Shown: piece after piece, positions 46,440 through 60,114 of the stretch
Layout: each line of letters starts with the position of its first letter
How positions within the stretch are numbered: the stretch's first letter is position 1
From: Rhodosorus marinus CCMP1338
Lineage: Eukaryota > Plantae > Rhodophyta
Length of the DNA: 64,000 bases
Direction of reading: 5' to 3'
Assembly: GCA_029953675.1 (NCBI GenBank)
Contig: JAMWBK010000008.1
Location: 496,001 to 560,000 of the forward strand
Notes under the pieces: generated by a model
What the model saw: only the letters and a program-made list of their open reading frames with translations
Databases searched by the model: none
Told to the model about the DNA's origin: nothing
Translations under genes and position numbers: made by a program

Positions 46440-49400
46440 GTGAAGAGGATGAAGCGGGCGCCAGGGCAGATAAGATAGTCGAGCTGTTTCTGTCAAAAGA
46501 AAACGATCAGAAAGCTCTTCGTAGCCAAATTTCGGGGACTTCCAAGGAAAAACATCTTTCTAGACTCATCGCCCGTGGCAGCTCGTACATGAGCGCAGTG
46601 CTAGCGCCTGGACTGGATATAGAAGACAGGGTTTCCGCAGTTCATGCAGGCATTCAGTTTCTGGAGCATGGGAGGCTTGGGTCAAGAGCAAGGGTCACCG
46701 GTATGTAGAGAGAAATGCATGAATCCGAGGTGCTTGGTACAACTGACCGGCTCGACTCGGGGTGATTTAAGCTTCTTCGAGGCAATGCAGTCAAAACAAT
46801 CGATCAGCGCTTTCCATCACGTTGAACGTCGAGGGCCAGCACTTCGCGAGCACTATGTCATCGCTTCTTGATGAAAGCTATCCTGTAAGTGTGACTCGTT
46901 CCCCGTTCAGAGTTGGCTTCACATAGGACTAACGATCTCCCGGATTTTTTTGTGACTGGAGGTGGAAGTGCTTACCGAAGTGGCGAATGTTTCGCGAAAG
47001 CTGAGAATCCTATCCCTGTTTGTGAGATCACTTCAAATTCTGACGAAAAGAAGGAAGCAGATCGTCCTCGACTCTGCCGACGAAGAGTTCAAGAGTGGAG
47101 ACGAGTTTGTAGAGAATCTGATTTACGGCATGGCCTCTGACGAAGGTTTGACAGCTCAGGAGAACGCATATTTTTTGATGCTTGGGCTCTCTGCAGGAGG
47201 TTTAAACAGTAGTTTATATTCTTTCTCCTCTTGTGCGCATGAAATCAGAGTCCTTCACCGAGGCTGACAACGGAATATTCATTGCAAACGCTGCCAAGGA
47301 GGCTGTATCCTCTCCAGAAGCGGTCGGGAAGATTGCGTCGAAACTTATCGAAATGCTCGGGCTTGTACGTCTAGAAACCATGCCCTCCTTTGTCTACCAG
47401 GTTCGCGAATCAATTGCCCTGTTTTAATGGCGAGAAAACCGCAGGCCTTCCTAACTTGAGCGCACGAACATCGTGCTGCAGGTGCTTTTGATGGTCTCCG
47501 CCAAGGCCAGCCAAAAGATCAAGCAGAATGTACTCGCTGAACTGGTGGCGCAGATAGCAGTACTGGAGAAAGCGGCGACTGCAACGGTTCATGACGTTGG
47601 CGAACTTGACTTTGACTCTGTTTCGCAGCGGGATGTAATCACATCACAGGCTTTGGACATTGGACAGCTGAGAGAGGTCTGTCGTGGAACAAACTGCTAC
47701 CAGTCCACCCATGTTCATAGCCAACAAAATTCTTTCTTGTCGACCCGCAGGCGCAGGGAGCACTTCTGTCTCACCTGGCGTATCTTGTCAGGCAAGACAA
47801 CTCTATTGGCGAAGAGTACATCAAGCTCGTCAGGCAGTCCTCAAGCCCACTTTCGAAAAGTGTTTTGACAACGTTTGGAACTGGGTTTGCTCTAATGCTG
47901 GCCACGATAAGCTCCTTGCGAGAAAAGGTATTTACTGACATGTGCAGCTTGATTCAGACCGACTGGAATCACATTCAAGCTCACCCGTTCCTACGATAGG
48001 TTTTCGAAGCCCTCTTGACGTGCATTGATCAATACGGAAAGCAGCTCTCGACCAGGAGTAGATCAAAATTTATCTCTGAATGGGAGGACCTGAAAACGAA
48101 TCCACTGGCGTCGCTAAGACAAGCTGGGGGTTTTGGAACGCACCCTAGAGGATGGGATGTCGTTGGGCTCCCAGTTATGAATATCTGCCTGAGGTTGCCA
48201 GGGAAGATAGGACAGCCAAGCGGTTCGTCTTTCGCTTTTGTAGCACACGAAGCAGAGAGCATTGCGCTTCTCATTCTACCGAAGCTCTACAAAGTCCATG
48301 CTTTCCTTCGCGAGGAAATGTTATCGGAAATTGTGTCTCGGATCACCTCCAAGTGAGTTGTCCGAACAAATTCAACAAACCTTCCAAGCTGGCCAGCCTG
48401 ACTCGTAGCGTTGCTATAGACAAGAGGAGCTACCTGTCATGATATTACATGCTCTGTGCAGGAGAAGTCTGTACGCCGTCCTGCCTCAGATCAATCAGTT
48501 GAAAAGGCTGCTCGAGTCTCTTCCGCAACTGAGCCCGCTGCAGGTGATAGGTCTCGTTGACGCTTTGGCTCCCGTCCTATCGGCGAGGCAGGATTTTAGA
48601 GATTCTGCCATTCTGGTTGCGCGGAAGGGCCTTGTTCTCAGGTAACATACTATCGATGGACAGCCCAAGACTTTCGAAGCCAACTAACTCCACACGGGTT
48701 TTTTATTTTAGGGAACCTACCCGGCGGGCAGCAGGCGCTGCAGCGATTGTGAGGATGGCCTCCTCTTGCGCGCTCGAAGAATTCGAAGTCGAGGAGCTCC
48801 TTCGCCTTGTCCACCGAGCTCTTGGACAACAAGCTGTCGTCCGGCTCACGTGCTACTATACGGTCGACCTCGTCAACGAACGGACTTTCCGATCTTATAT
48901 TATGCCCATTGTTGAAACGCACTTTAAAAGGTAGCCCGACGTTGGAGCGTTTCTCTTGGTTGTCCGTCGACCGCGGACAAGGCTGAAGTGACCTTTGCAA
49001 CGAACTATTGCTCATCTCCTTGTTTTTCAGATATGTTGACCCGATCGAACCACCGTACGTTCGCCTTTCGAAGTGTTTCAACGCAGAGACCGCAGAGTAC
49101 CTGGAGCCGTTGCCGCAGTTGATGTCTTGCTTTGCCCGGTCGGCGGGTGTCGAGCACCTGCGCATCGTTATTGACCAGGTAAGCAGAGTTCCGACCCAAG
49201 CTTGCTGGGGAGCAAAGCTCCCTGCGTCCCCCACTCATTCAAGAGTTGTTTTTGTATCAGATAACAACGGGAAATCTCATCAGGGAGTACGAACTGGATG
49301 CTGAGGACTTGGACTTGAACAGCCAAACTCCAGAGGCAGCATTTAACCGCGGCATGGTACGGTGTCTACTCGGCAGTGTTGAGAGCCTCATCGGTATCGT

Positions 49401-52011
49401 CCTTCCGGATATGATACGAGGCTCAGAGGTAAGTCTCACACAGAAATTCTGCGTGCTCTGGGCCCCACAATCCATCTTAGAATGGACATTGGGGGGGAAC
49501 AGGGATAAAACCAAACTTGACTGTGCTCCACGTCGCAGATGACGGCCGAGGTCTTGCAACTTCTAGCTGCTCACCGAAATTTGCGAACGCTGTGCCGAGG
49601 ATCTTCTATATCCACCAAACACGAGACGCCGCAACAAGGAAACGATGCCGAGGTAGCTACCATAACAAATCTGTTCTTGGATTCTTGACAGCGACTCAAG
49701 AGCCAACATCAACTTCTGCACCAACAGTTGGACAGGAACTCGACGAGAGATGCGAAGATCGCCAATCGAAAAAGGACTGAGACTAGGACAGAACCAACCA
49801 CGCTCGAACTTGCAGGTTGGACTGTTGATGGTCCATTCATTGCTTTGGAGGAGTGTATCGAGGCTCTCAAATGGCTTCAAGGTTGGTCGACAAGCCATAA
49901 CTGGAGAATGAGGGTGCCCGAGCTGAAAACCACACTGAACGTGAAAGCTTTTCTGACTGCAGGGCATCGAGAGAAGTCAATCCTTGAGAGCAGGCAGCAC
50001 TTAAGGGAGTTGCTCATGAGCAACTTGAGCAAGCACAAGTACTCCTTCAAGCTCAACTCTGAGTCAACCAAGCAGTCGGTAATGTGATCAGCGCTCCCTG
50101 ATGTTCATCACTACAGCTTGGGCTCCGACTTAGCAACCTTCTTTCCCATCGTTAGTTGACGTCACTCTTGGGCTGCTTTATCTCCGAGCTCTCCGCAGGA
50201 AGAAGGGAAACGGGAAGTTTCCAGCACTCTGGTGAACTCGGCGCTGTCGTGCAGATCATTGAATCCCTCGGGAAAGATCAGTTCGACGACGCCTGCATCG
50301 CATTTCGAAAGCTAGCTTGCGACGCTACTACCCGGGAGGAAGGTGGGAACTACTGAACCAGTCTGACTTTTAGTCCTCCAATCCATGCTGAAAATTCACT
50401 TTTTGCTCGATTTCCGTTCATTGATTGTCCAGATATCCCAACTGCGTTTTCAGGAAAGGACGCCCTCCACGTGATTCTCAAGGCTTGTGATGCTTTGATC
50501 CTGGACCTCGCTTGGAAGCACGTTGAAGAGCTTGTGACGAGTGGTATCTCGTTCATTCGATACGCGGAGCGATGTTCCTTGGGTGAGTTCCAACCTGTGT
50601 GTGATCTGTCAAAGCATTAAAGGCTTTCACAGGCTAACACAGACGACTCCCGGAGCCTGCCCGTAGGACTTGGGCTGCGTGAGGACCTCGGCAAGTGGGC
50701 AAGTCGGATTCTCAGGAACACTGACGTTGAGATGTCCCGAGAGCTTACGGGTCTGCTTGTGGTCGCCGCGGTGGAGGCTTGTCCGGCTAAGGGAGTTGAC
50801 ATTGCAGTGGAACTCCACAAATATTTCGGCGACATAGCTGACGAAAACGACATGGACTCGGGTAGCGACAAGTAACTTTCCGCTGACATTCGCAAAGCAA
50901 GCCGACAGATTCCAAGTGATACTCATCCGGTCACATTTCTCGTCCGTGAAAGATCGAAGGGTATATGGAAAGGCGGGATCGCGAGTTCCACGGCCTCTGT
51001 TGCCATGCGCTCAATCTACGAGGCTCTCGGTCAAACCTATGACGAGATCGAATGGGGCATTACTGCGCTCCAATCCAATCCCCATCGCAAGGTATGAACG
51101 TGATCCAGTCCCCAAGCAAAAAGAGCTCTAGGCGCTCCTGCTAACCCTTCATGCGAACGCTGACTATCCAAAGGCTGAGCTTGACGGTGCTGTCTGCTCC
51201 CGTGCTAACGAAGTCATCGATGTGCTGGGCCCAATGCTCAGATGTCGAGTCCGTCAGTGGTCTTGTGGGGAAGCGATCCTACGCAGTACCATGCGGCTGT
51301 ACCGTGTGCTGACGAGCTGGTGCAGAGCTGAGGTAACCTCTGCCGCGCAACTTGATCACGAGAAACGAACGCATTCAAACCTCACCCATTCGAAGACACC
51401 CGAAAATTGAACTTGAACTTTGCGTCCCTGCTGGATAGCTTTCTTCCGTCCTAACTGCCGCCGAGCAAGTCACAAAACTGGCAGAATCATCCTCCCTGCT
51501 GACCCCCAAAGTCTACAGCTTCCTGACATACCTCACAACCTTCCAGTGCTCCGGGAACGCGAAGAGCAGGACCCTCAGGGAATCCAAACTCGTCCCCAAT
51601 CTGATCTTCAACATCGAGCAATACGAACGCTCCTTAATTCGCCTCAATAAGAAATTCCAGGTAACCACGTGCACTCGCAAGCTCCTCCATTTGTCCGGTT
51701 TCAAAGAACGACCTCAAGATTTTTTCGACTTGATCAAAACTGAAACAGTTCTATTGTGTTCTCTGCTTCTTCCCGGCGCCGTTCGTTAAAACCGACACTT
51801 CACCCCAAAGCTGAACTGCTTAACTTCAATGCGTCGAAGCACGGCGAGAGACTTCAAAATCCTAGAAGAGTATTTAGTAGCCGACGGTCAGGCGCAGACT
51901 GACCGTCAGCTAGAAGTGATTCGGAGAATACACAGTGGCGATGACGACGAAGTAGTCATGTCGGAACCGGGAAACGGGAAACGGAAGCGTAAATATTTCC
52001 AAACTGTTTGA
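46440..52011 (+). CDS. FANCI: Fanconi anemia group I protein, multi-exon
   Basis: PSFVYQ, GWDVV, KVHAFLREEMLSEIVSRI, FRDSAILVARKG, ALGQQAVVRL, EPLPQLMSC, PNLIFNIEQYERSLIRLNKK, RSTARDFKI. The start is approximate. Confidence 0.88.
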
Positions 52012-52196
52012 AAACGGGGTGCTGTCGGTTCCCGGTGTGATGAATTGAGGTGGGAGAAGCGTTTGTCGGTGATGTGAAAAGTTTTGCGTTTGGGTTGAAC
52101 TGCGCGGAGAGATGTGTAGTTCGTGAATATTTTGAAGCGGGAGTGAGCTCTTTGGGAGGGCTTTGAGGAAGGGGGAGGGGGGTTGGGGATGAGAAG

Positions 52197-52812
52197 ATGG
52201 TAACTTTTCAGGGTCCAGTGGTGAGCTTGATTTCAAAGTAGGAAACGTGTTGTTGGATTTGGATCGGTTTGTATGAAGTTTAATTGGGTTTCTTGTTTTT
52301 GTTTTGGCTTTGTTCGAAGGTGGAGGTCCTTATCGCAAAACTGCATCGAGTGACATGTACTGAAGCGAATGTGAATTATGTGGGTTCGGTGACTGTGGAT
52401 GGAGAATGGCTTGATGCTAGCGGACTATTTGAGGGACAGAAGGTGGACATTGCAAACTTGAGAAACGGAGAACGTTTTTCGACGTATATTATCCGAGGAT
52501 TGGAAGGCTCTGGCATTCTCTGTACAAACGGCGCTGCAGCGCATCTAGTAATGCCTGGCGACAAGCTAATTATTATGGCGTATGGTAGGCTACAACACCA
52601 AGAAACTGGCCGAGTTTGGACCCCTTGCACTCACAATGAAAAAATTCTTGTCAACAGGATGGATGACTCGAGAAGAATACAAGGAGTTTGATCCAAAGGT
52701 GCTTGCATTCCACGACATTGCGGACTATCGAATTGTTAACGACGTCGTGGAGTTCAACTCAAAGCCGACGTACGATATTCTACGACGAGAAGTCCCGGAC
52801 GACTCCAAATGA
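52197..52812 (+). CDS. panD: Pyruvoyl-dependent L-aspartate 1-decarboxylase, 2 introns (52221-52319, 52585-52657)
   Basis: Spliced protein [35 protein letters not shown]...NGERFSTYII..GSGILCTNGAAAHLVMPGDKLIIMAY|GWMT. The Lys, His, Gly-Ser cleavage site, Arg and Tyr positions are conserved. Confidence 0.92.
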
Positions 52813-53789
52813 GCTGAGATAAAGTGTTCACCCAGGCATTCTTCACCCGATGAGAAGATCCGTACAGAGACTTCCGATGCTTGTCGTCTCCTAACTCAGC
52901 GTATCTCTCTCACTGCTTCTGTTCTTCCTGCCCGACGTGGATGAACGCCACATATTTTCGCTCCAAGTATTCTGTGTACCATAGGCGTCCATACAAGGCA
53001 ATGGACAGAATTATCAAGCGTCGAATGCGATTGATTAAAAACAGCGTATCTCAAGATAAGACCATCTATTCCGAAACCCCTTCCCAGAAATGCGAAACCG
53101 AAAACTCTGCAACGCCGGCGACGGCTACTGAGAAAAGCAGAAGTCCAAGCTACTCAAGCTTCAAACCTACTCAAGCATATCCTAGAAACACACAACATAC
53201 CAACCACAGCTGAAGCCCGCATGCCTAGATCCAAGGAGGCCATGAGGTGAGCTGACCGCGGATGGCAGTAACAAGAAACTCTCCTGGTCGGATAGGTTTG
53301 TACAGCATTGAATCCATTGCCAAAAGCTTGATTACAGTGCGAAACCAGATTCCACGGGCTTCTACAGTCCAAAGAAAGAACACTACACTGCGGCCTGATC
53401 AGAAAGACTCTTTCAGGCCTTGATTACATTTCCCGAATGAAACTTCATGAATCCAGCTCGGTGCCAGATTTTCAAAGCTCTGGATCCGTTGTACAAGACT
53501 GTCCTATACTGCGAGAGCAGATATCCGAAGGACGAAAAAAGGCAGCATGGAGCTGACAAAACCGGAAACCAGCTCCCATCAAATAGGCGAGGCTGTTACC
53601 GAACTACTCCACTATCACCCGCAGCTCGTGAAGAGCTTTGATGGGGCATGCAATGAAACGAAGATATCTACGAGACGGTGAAGCTGAAAGAACTGCTTCG
53701 ATGACAGAGTGATCTGGGTGTTCAGAGGGACAAGCACTGCAACCTGCTGTTAATTTTTGATCTGAACTGATACGAATACGTTTTGGACG

Positions 53790-54800
53790 ATGAAAGTTTG
53801 GATTCCGTTAGAATCGAATCCCGAGCTCATCACCAAATATGCTGGTGAGCTTGGCATGGGGCCTGGGTACGAGTTTCAGGAGATTCTGTCGTTAGAGTTG
53901 CTGGAGATGGTGCCTAGGCCGGTTTACGCGGTAGTCTTGTTGTTTCCTTTAACGGAAAAGATCGTCTCTGCTAGTGAAGAGCGTGAGAAGGAGAATTTGG
54001 ATCAGTCCGTATCTTCGTCAGCACCTGAGCAGCCGTTCTTCTGTCGTCAAACTATCAGTTCAGTACCCTGACAACTCTTCCCCAGCGAGCCCACTACGCA
54101 GAACTGACGCCTTACTGTGATGCTGGTCCACGTTGAATTAGGTAACGCATGTGGGACCATCGCTGTTCTTCACTCCGTAACAAACAACATGGACAAACTA
54201 TCGATACGACCTGACAGCTTCTTTAAGAAGTTCTTCGACGAAACGATCTCCATGAACCCATCAAAGAGGGCAGAGGCCCTTCAAAACAACGAAGAGCTGG
54301 AAGCTAGTCAAGAAAAGTTCTCCAAGGTAATACAAACGGTTGCTTTTCACACGACCTCAAAAAGTGCAACTGCTTATCAACCCATACCCTGAAACACTGA
54401 TAGGAAGGAGAAACCGCTGCACCAGACCGACATGATCCACTAGACACCCATTTCATAGCTTTCGTTGAAAGCTCTAACAAGCTCGTTGAACTTGATGGAA
54501 GAAAGGCTTCACCTATTGACCATGGCGATACGTCACCTGATTCATTGCTCGAGGTAGATTCCCAACAACAACCACGCGACGACACTGCTGCGTCAATCAT
54601 CTTCTGTGTAGACGTTGGATAAGGAAGATGTCCTGGTCACTGCTTGTGGAAAAGCTTAGAACAACACTGCCATGGAATCACTCATTCACTTCTTATCTGT
54701 GTTCCACATCCGCGAACAGGACGCTGCTAGAATCATCAAAGAAAAGTTTATGGCGATGGATCCATCAGAACTTCGGTTCACAATGATGGCATTGGTCTGA
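53790..54800 (+). CDS. Ubiquitin C-terminal hydrolase (UCH-L1/L3 family), multi-exon
   Basis: WIPLESNPE, VPRPVYAVVLLFP, QTI|GNACGTIAVLH, HFIAFV..LVELDGRK, FTMMALV*. Confidence 0.93.
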
Positions 54801-55478
54801 AGAAGCAAAACATCCCCTTCGAAGGCCCTGCAGTGGTCGCGATGAGTGACCCATGACTGTAAACGGAAAGTTTTCTTTTCTTCGCAAAAAGCAACATGCT
54901 GAATCTTGACGATGAGCATTCGATGGAGAGAGGGCCAGTGGACCAATCCAGCTACATGATGCCCGTCTCAAGTTCAAGCTGACATTGATGAAAGGTAGAG
55001 TGCGCGTCGCTGTCGAGACTGATCAGCAGAGGTTGTTTACAAAGTTTTATCCGGAAACTTGATTAGATTACAATGGATACGATGTGCACAATGGGTGACG
55101 CCTGTTCATCTTTAAGCCATGCAGAATTGCGTCTCTTGTTTTCAAAGCGAGACGACGCGGACTTGTGTCCAATTCCAACTTAAACAAAGCATCCAAACTC
55201 AGCCACAAAACGCTTCTGCGGAACGACGCAGTTTATCCTCGCATACCTCCGTAAGTTCTCTTTCTAGATCTGTAAGGCCAGGTAGATAAGAAGGGTCGCC
55301 CCATTTGCGCAAACGATACGAACAGTTGTTATGGAAAGCGTGCGAGAACAATGCACAAGAGCCAAGTAGCTCCTGGTTAGATGCAGGATAGTTTCATGTG
55401 CACAAGCTGCGACGCTATCGATAGTTCCGATCAGCCAAGTCGTCAGGGCAGCATCCCATAATAATATTAACGCAGATC

Positions 55479-57514
55479 TCACGACGGCATGAACTGAGGG
55501 TACTTGCTGACGAGTTGTTCGCAACAGCTATCAGCGGCTTGGCAGATCTTTTCGAATCTGACATCTCCTCTGTGCAAAGCCTACGATAAAACGGTTGCGC
55601 GGAGGGTGGGAGCGATAAGCTTATGCTCAACAGCTCAGGCAAATGAAACTTTGGTGCAGGTGTCTACCTCTTTCTCTCTGCCTTTGGAGAGCTCCAGCAG
55701 ACCTTCGACTTGGTTGATTTTACCCGCCAATCTCCGTTCACCTAAAGATAGGATACGATAGACATTCGTCTCTGAGAGGGGGTGGTCTCCCAATACTGGC
55801 TGAGAACTGCTTGGGAGGCATCGTACAGATCATATCAGCGACTGCAGCTTCAGCTGTTTGCGGCGAAATATTCAACAACTCTGCAAGACTTTGAAGCTTG
55901 ATGCTCGTGTACAGAACGGAAACGGCCAGCAGGTTGTGCTCTGTTGTCGCCAAATCCAGGACTTGCTGAGTTTCCTCTACCGAACAAGGAGCGAGAGGAA
56001 CAATAACGTTCAATGGTCAGTCTAAGCTTGAACATGCAAGTGGAGGAGAAGGTCTTGCTGTCCCTGGGACCACGCTTACCGGATTTGATGTCCAAAAGCT
56101 TTACCCGTTCAGACAAAACTTCAATGTGTTCCTTCTTCAACAGCTTCTGAGAATGAACCCTCTCCAAAACCTTGAAGAACTCCAGGCCGCGGCATCTCTC
56201 GTCTTGGTATAGTTTTGACAACATTTTGGAGCGCTGCTCTCCAGCTGGTGCTGAAAAATATGAACGACGATAGAGGTGGGGAAAGATGTGTCTGTTCAGT
56301 TCATCGTCCAGAGACCGACTTTGCAGAATACGTCCGAGCTTTCGCATTGCGAACTTACCAAGTATCGCACAGATCACAGCTCTTGCAAGCCATTGCAATG
56401 GATCCGCAGAATACAATTTCGTGGGGCCTTGCTAAAGGAGCAATCCAATGGATTGTGTGAGATTTCTGGCGACGAAGGTGGCGTACGTGAATAGAGTGTA
56501 GTAGGGTGTCGAAGACCATCCCGGGCTTACCACGTCGGTTGTGAGTGAATAAAACTGCTGTGCGGCGTTAGAAAACGCCTTCTTTGCTTCCTGAACTCTG
56601 GCTTGGCAGATGCGATAATCTCGATTGACCTCTACCTTGACATAGCTCTTTGCGCGCATTAAGAACTGCTCTGCTCCGTCGACATCGTCGCTATTGAGAT
56701 ATAGAAACGCGATTCTCAACAATCTGAGATAGTGAAGGGAAGAGAGGAACTTGAGGAGCTGAGAAACGAGTGGGACTTTCGATACATCTTCATGCGTTGA
56801 GGTACCGGTCGATGTCGTCTTCCGTAGGGTCGCCCCTGTTTCCAAGCTCGGGGCTGATTGTCGAGTAAAATGCAGCTGCCTGAGACCAGTTCTGACGTTC
56901 TTCATGAATAACTGCGAGCCTCTCGCGTATAGCGTTGGCCTGGCGAAGGCGATGAGGAGTGGGCTGTGAATCGCGTTTGGTTGGTGATAGCGCAGGGATA
57001 TTTTCAGCGTCCATTAACCTACCTGAACCTCAAAGTTGGCTCCACGCTGTTGAAGAATATTCAAGACTTCCTGACCTATGGTCAATTGGGTGTCCTTTTC
57101 CATCCACATAACCGCTGCAGCAATATCAAATTCATAGGCAGAACGGACTCAGGAGCAAATTCAGGCAGGGAGCGGACCAGACCATGCATAAAACAAACCT
57201 GTCTGCACAACGCTGACCAGTCTCTTCGCGACTACAGGTGGAACCATATTAACATCCGAGACGACTCTCCCCACCACTACCAGGAATCCCTCAAGGTCCC
57301 CTGATTGCGCACTCTACATAAGACAGAAAACAAATGTCATCAGAAGAGATTTCAATCAAGCAAAATCAACAGCCTCAAGCTACCTCCGCCATCCTCCAAA
57401 CAAACAAAAGGATCCCGTTAAGCCACTTCATACCTCTACAAGAGTACGCCTCAAGTTCTCCTCTCGAACCATTAAATCCGGTTCCTGGACCATCATCTCT
57501 ACCCTATGTTCCAT
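55479..57514 (-). CDS. CSN4: COP9 signalosome subunit 4, multi-exon
   Basis: IRERLAVIHEE, IAFLYLNSDD..AEQF, AGEQRSKMLSKLYQDER, PCI motif EHNLLAVSVLYTSI..LAELLNI..AEAAVADMI. The last exon ends VSKYPQFMPS*. Confidence 0.85.
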
Positions 57515-57999
57515 CCTTCCAGGAACCGGCAAAAACGGAACACTAACGGTCTTCTTCGTATCTCCCTTAAAATTCCGTCCCAAAAAAAATTCACAATATG
57601 CACGTCCACCTCATCCAATCCACCCGAGAACAGACCGGAAGGCAGCTTCCGAGTTATCTCCGATCAACTACCTCAACAGCAGCCCCGAAAACGTTGTAGC
57701 TGCCAGCCTCCTCCTTCCTATCTCTGCTCAATTATCTCAAATCACATACACTCAACCACGAGAACTGTATGTAAACTGGTCATGGATGTTGAGTTCCCTC
57801 GGCTTCTTCTCCTCCTCAACAGGTACTGGCCACCATCCCAATTCGATAATCCTCATTTTGTTCAGAGCCAAGCTACACTTAACACAAGCATGGAAGACGA
57901 CACTGATAACAGAACAGCCACAGGTAAAGTCATCGGCGCCTGATTCAGTGACATACCAAGCACGTTGCAAACCTTTGTTTTCCATCGCAACAGCTCATC

Positions 58000-58670
58000 G
58001 CGAACAGTCGGCAACTGGTAGGACCACACACCGATCCAGCAGCCGTCTGTGCGCTTTGTCCTTTCTGTCTCGCTACGCAGGATACAGGTGCAGTTGCTCC
58101 ACTCGTTGACCCCAGGGCTACGAGAGTGTGCGTGAATACAGCGCAACAAGAGCTCGTGAAAGACCCTAGAGCGGCTGTAGTTTGAGATTGGGGTTACGAG
58201 GACGTTGTAGATGAACCAAGACCAATAAATGAGGAACTGCCGCACTGAGCACCTGATATCCAGGAGGAGCACCCACGGACGCTGTTCTTCGAAGAGCCCG
58301 TTTCAGGCCCACTACCGCGGACACACTTCTAGTCGTATTGGTAAAGAAGCTAACAACGCCCAGCAACACGTAATCGGAACGCAGAGTGCGTCGTCGCCTC
58401 CAACAGAATGGACTCTCCTACTGCCGGGGTTGCGAGGACGTTGTACTGGAACCATAACAAATGAGGAGCTGCCTCACCGAGCACCTCATATTCAGGAGCA
58501 CCCACGCACACGCAGGACGTTCTTCGATGTGGTAATCAAGAGCCAGTTCCAGACCCACCACTTGGGACACACTTCCAGTCGCATTGGTAATGCAGGTGAC
58601 ACCGGCCCACAACGCCTAATCGCGAAACGCAGGGAACGTCATCGCCTCCAACTTAATTCGACTCTACTGC
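58000..58670 (+). mobile_element. Degenerate family 2-like RLE relic with a ~240-bp diverged direct duplication
   Basis: GGGGTT(A/G)CGAGGACGTTGTA...AATGAGGA...GCACCT...TTCTTCGA occurs at ~58190 and ~58425 and resembles 6545-6680. Confidence 0.65.
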
Positions 58671-59021
58671 TGATGTGCAGAATCGATCTTATCAAAAGAT
58701 ACCGTTGAAAAGGACACTTCCAGATCGGAATCTGTATATATCTCAATAGATCTGACACCCAGTATCAACCGATTGGAGTGGTTGGGGCCGGCGCTGAAGC
58801 TTTCAAGTTAAGGAAGCAACAAGTGAATGAGAAAAGAAGTTTCTGCTTGCCTCTTGAGTTTTCTGATCGTACTGGTTGGTTTGTTCCGCGTCGTGTCACT
58901 TCTACTAGGTAAGCACTCGTCGGGTTTGTATATGTTTCTAATGTGGCTATTTTGGTGCTCTTGTTTTTTCTGTGATGTTTTGGATAAAGGAGTGAGTTGA
59001 ATTGAGAGAAGATACTACGTG

Positions 59022-60114
59022 ATGGCGTTTGTAGCGGGAGTCGTCGGGTCTACCCGAAGTTCAGAGTCTGTGATATGTGCTGCAATGGACAGGAGGGCAT
59101 TCTTGGCTGCTGCTGGTGGAACGACGGCTTCAGTCCTTTTCCAGGTCTCAAATCCGAGTGGAAGTGTTTCCCATGCTGCAGACGCTGTAGAGTACACTCT
59201 ACCACCTCTGCCTTATCCATACGATGCTCTTGAACCTTACATCGACGCGGAAACGATGAAAATTCACCATGACAAGCACCACAAAGCCTACATGAACAAA
59301 CTCAACGGCATTGTTGATAAAGTGGATGCTATTAAAAGCCCGACAATAGAGAATCTGGAGACGGCTTTGAAAGGTATCGTGCAAGTCAAGCAAAAAGACA
59401 AGACTGAGCCCAAGCTTGATGTCTAAGTCCGCTCTTTCTCAACATCTTCCGAGCAACTACCAGATATAGGCAGCATCAAGGACGATTCTGTCAAGAAAAC
59501 CCTCAGGAACAATGGTGGCGGATGTAAGTTTTTTTTTGAAACTACCATTAGTTCTTTCATCACAGAAGCTTAACATAGCGATATCATGTCATCCTCAACC
59601 TTGCTTGTCGTTCAATGTACTCCGTGCGAGTCACATCAGATTACAATCACATCCTTTACTTCGAAGAAATGTCACAGAACGGCGCTCGAGAGCCTTCTGG
59701 AAAGCTTGCCGATGAGATAACGAAAGAGTTCGGCAGTTTCACGGAATTCAAGTCCAAGTTTACGAACGCCGCTGTTGGACAATTCGGGTCTGGGTACAGT
59801 GGTCTCCTTCTCCATCCTACCAAGCCTTCTAAGATGTCATCCCCGTCTCTCATGCTGAGCAACCTTCAATCTCTGCGTGCGTCCGCGTCGCTCTTGCAAG
59901 GTGGGCTTGGCTTTACCGTGATGGAAAAACTGGAAAACTTGCGGTCAGAGGTTATGCAAACCAGGATTCACCTCTCCTCGATGGTCACAAGCCGGTCTTA
60001 GGATGTGACGTATGGGAGCATGCTTATTACTTGAAGTACAATAATCGCCGCCCGGAGTACGTCGAGGCTTGGTGGAACGTAGTTAACTGGGACGTCGTTG
60101 CGGCTAGAGCTTAA
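59022..60114 (+). CDS. Mn-type superoxide dismutase with plastid transit peptide and Tat-like signal, multi-exon
   Basis: MAFVAGVVG...[18 protein letters not shown], then [64 protein letters not shown]. Confidence 0.92.
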
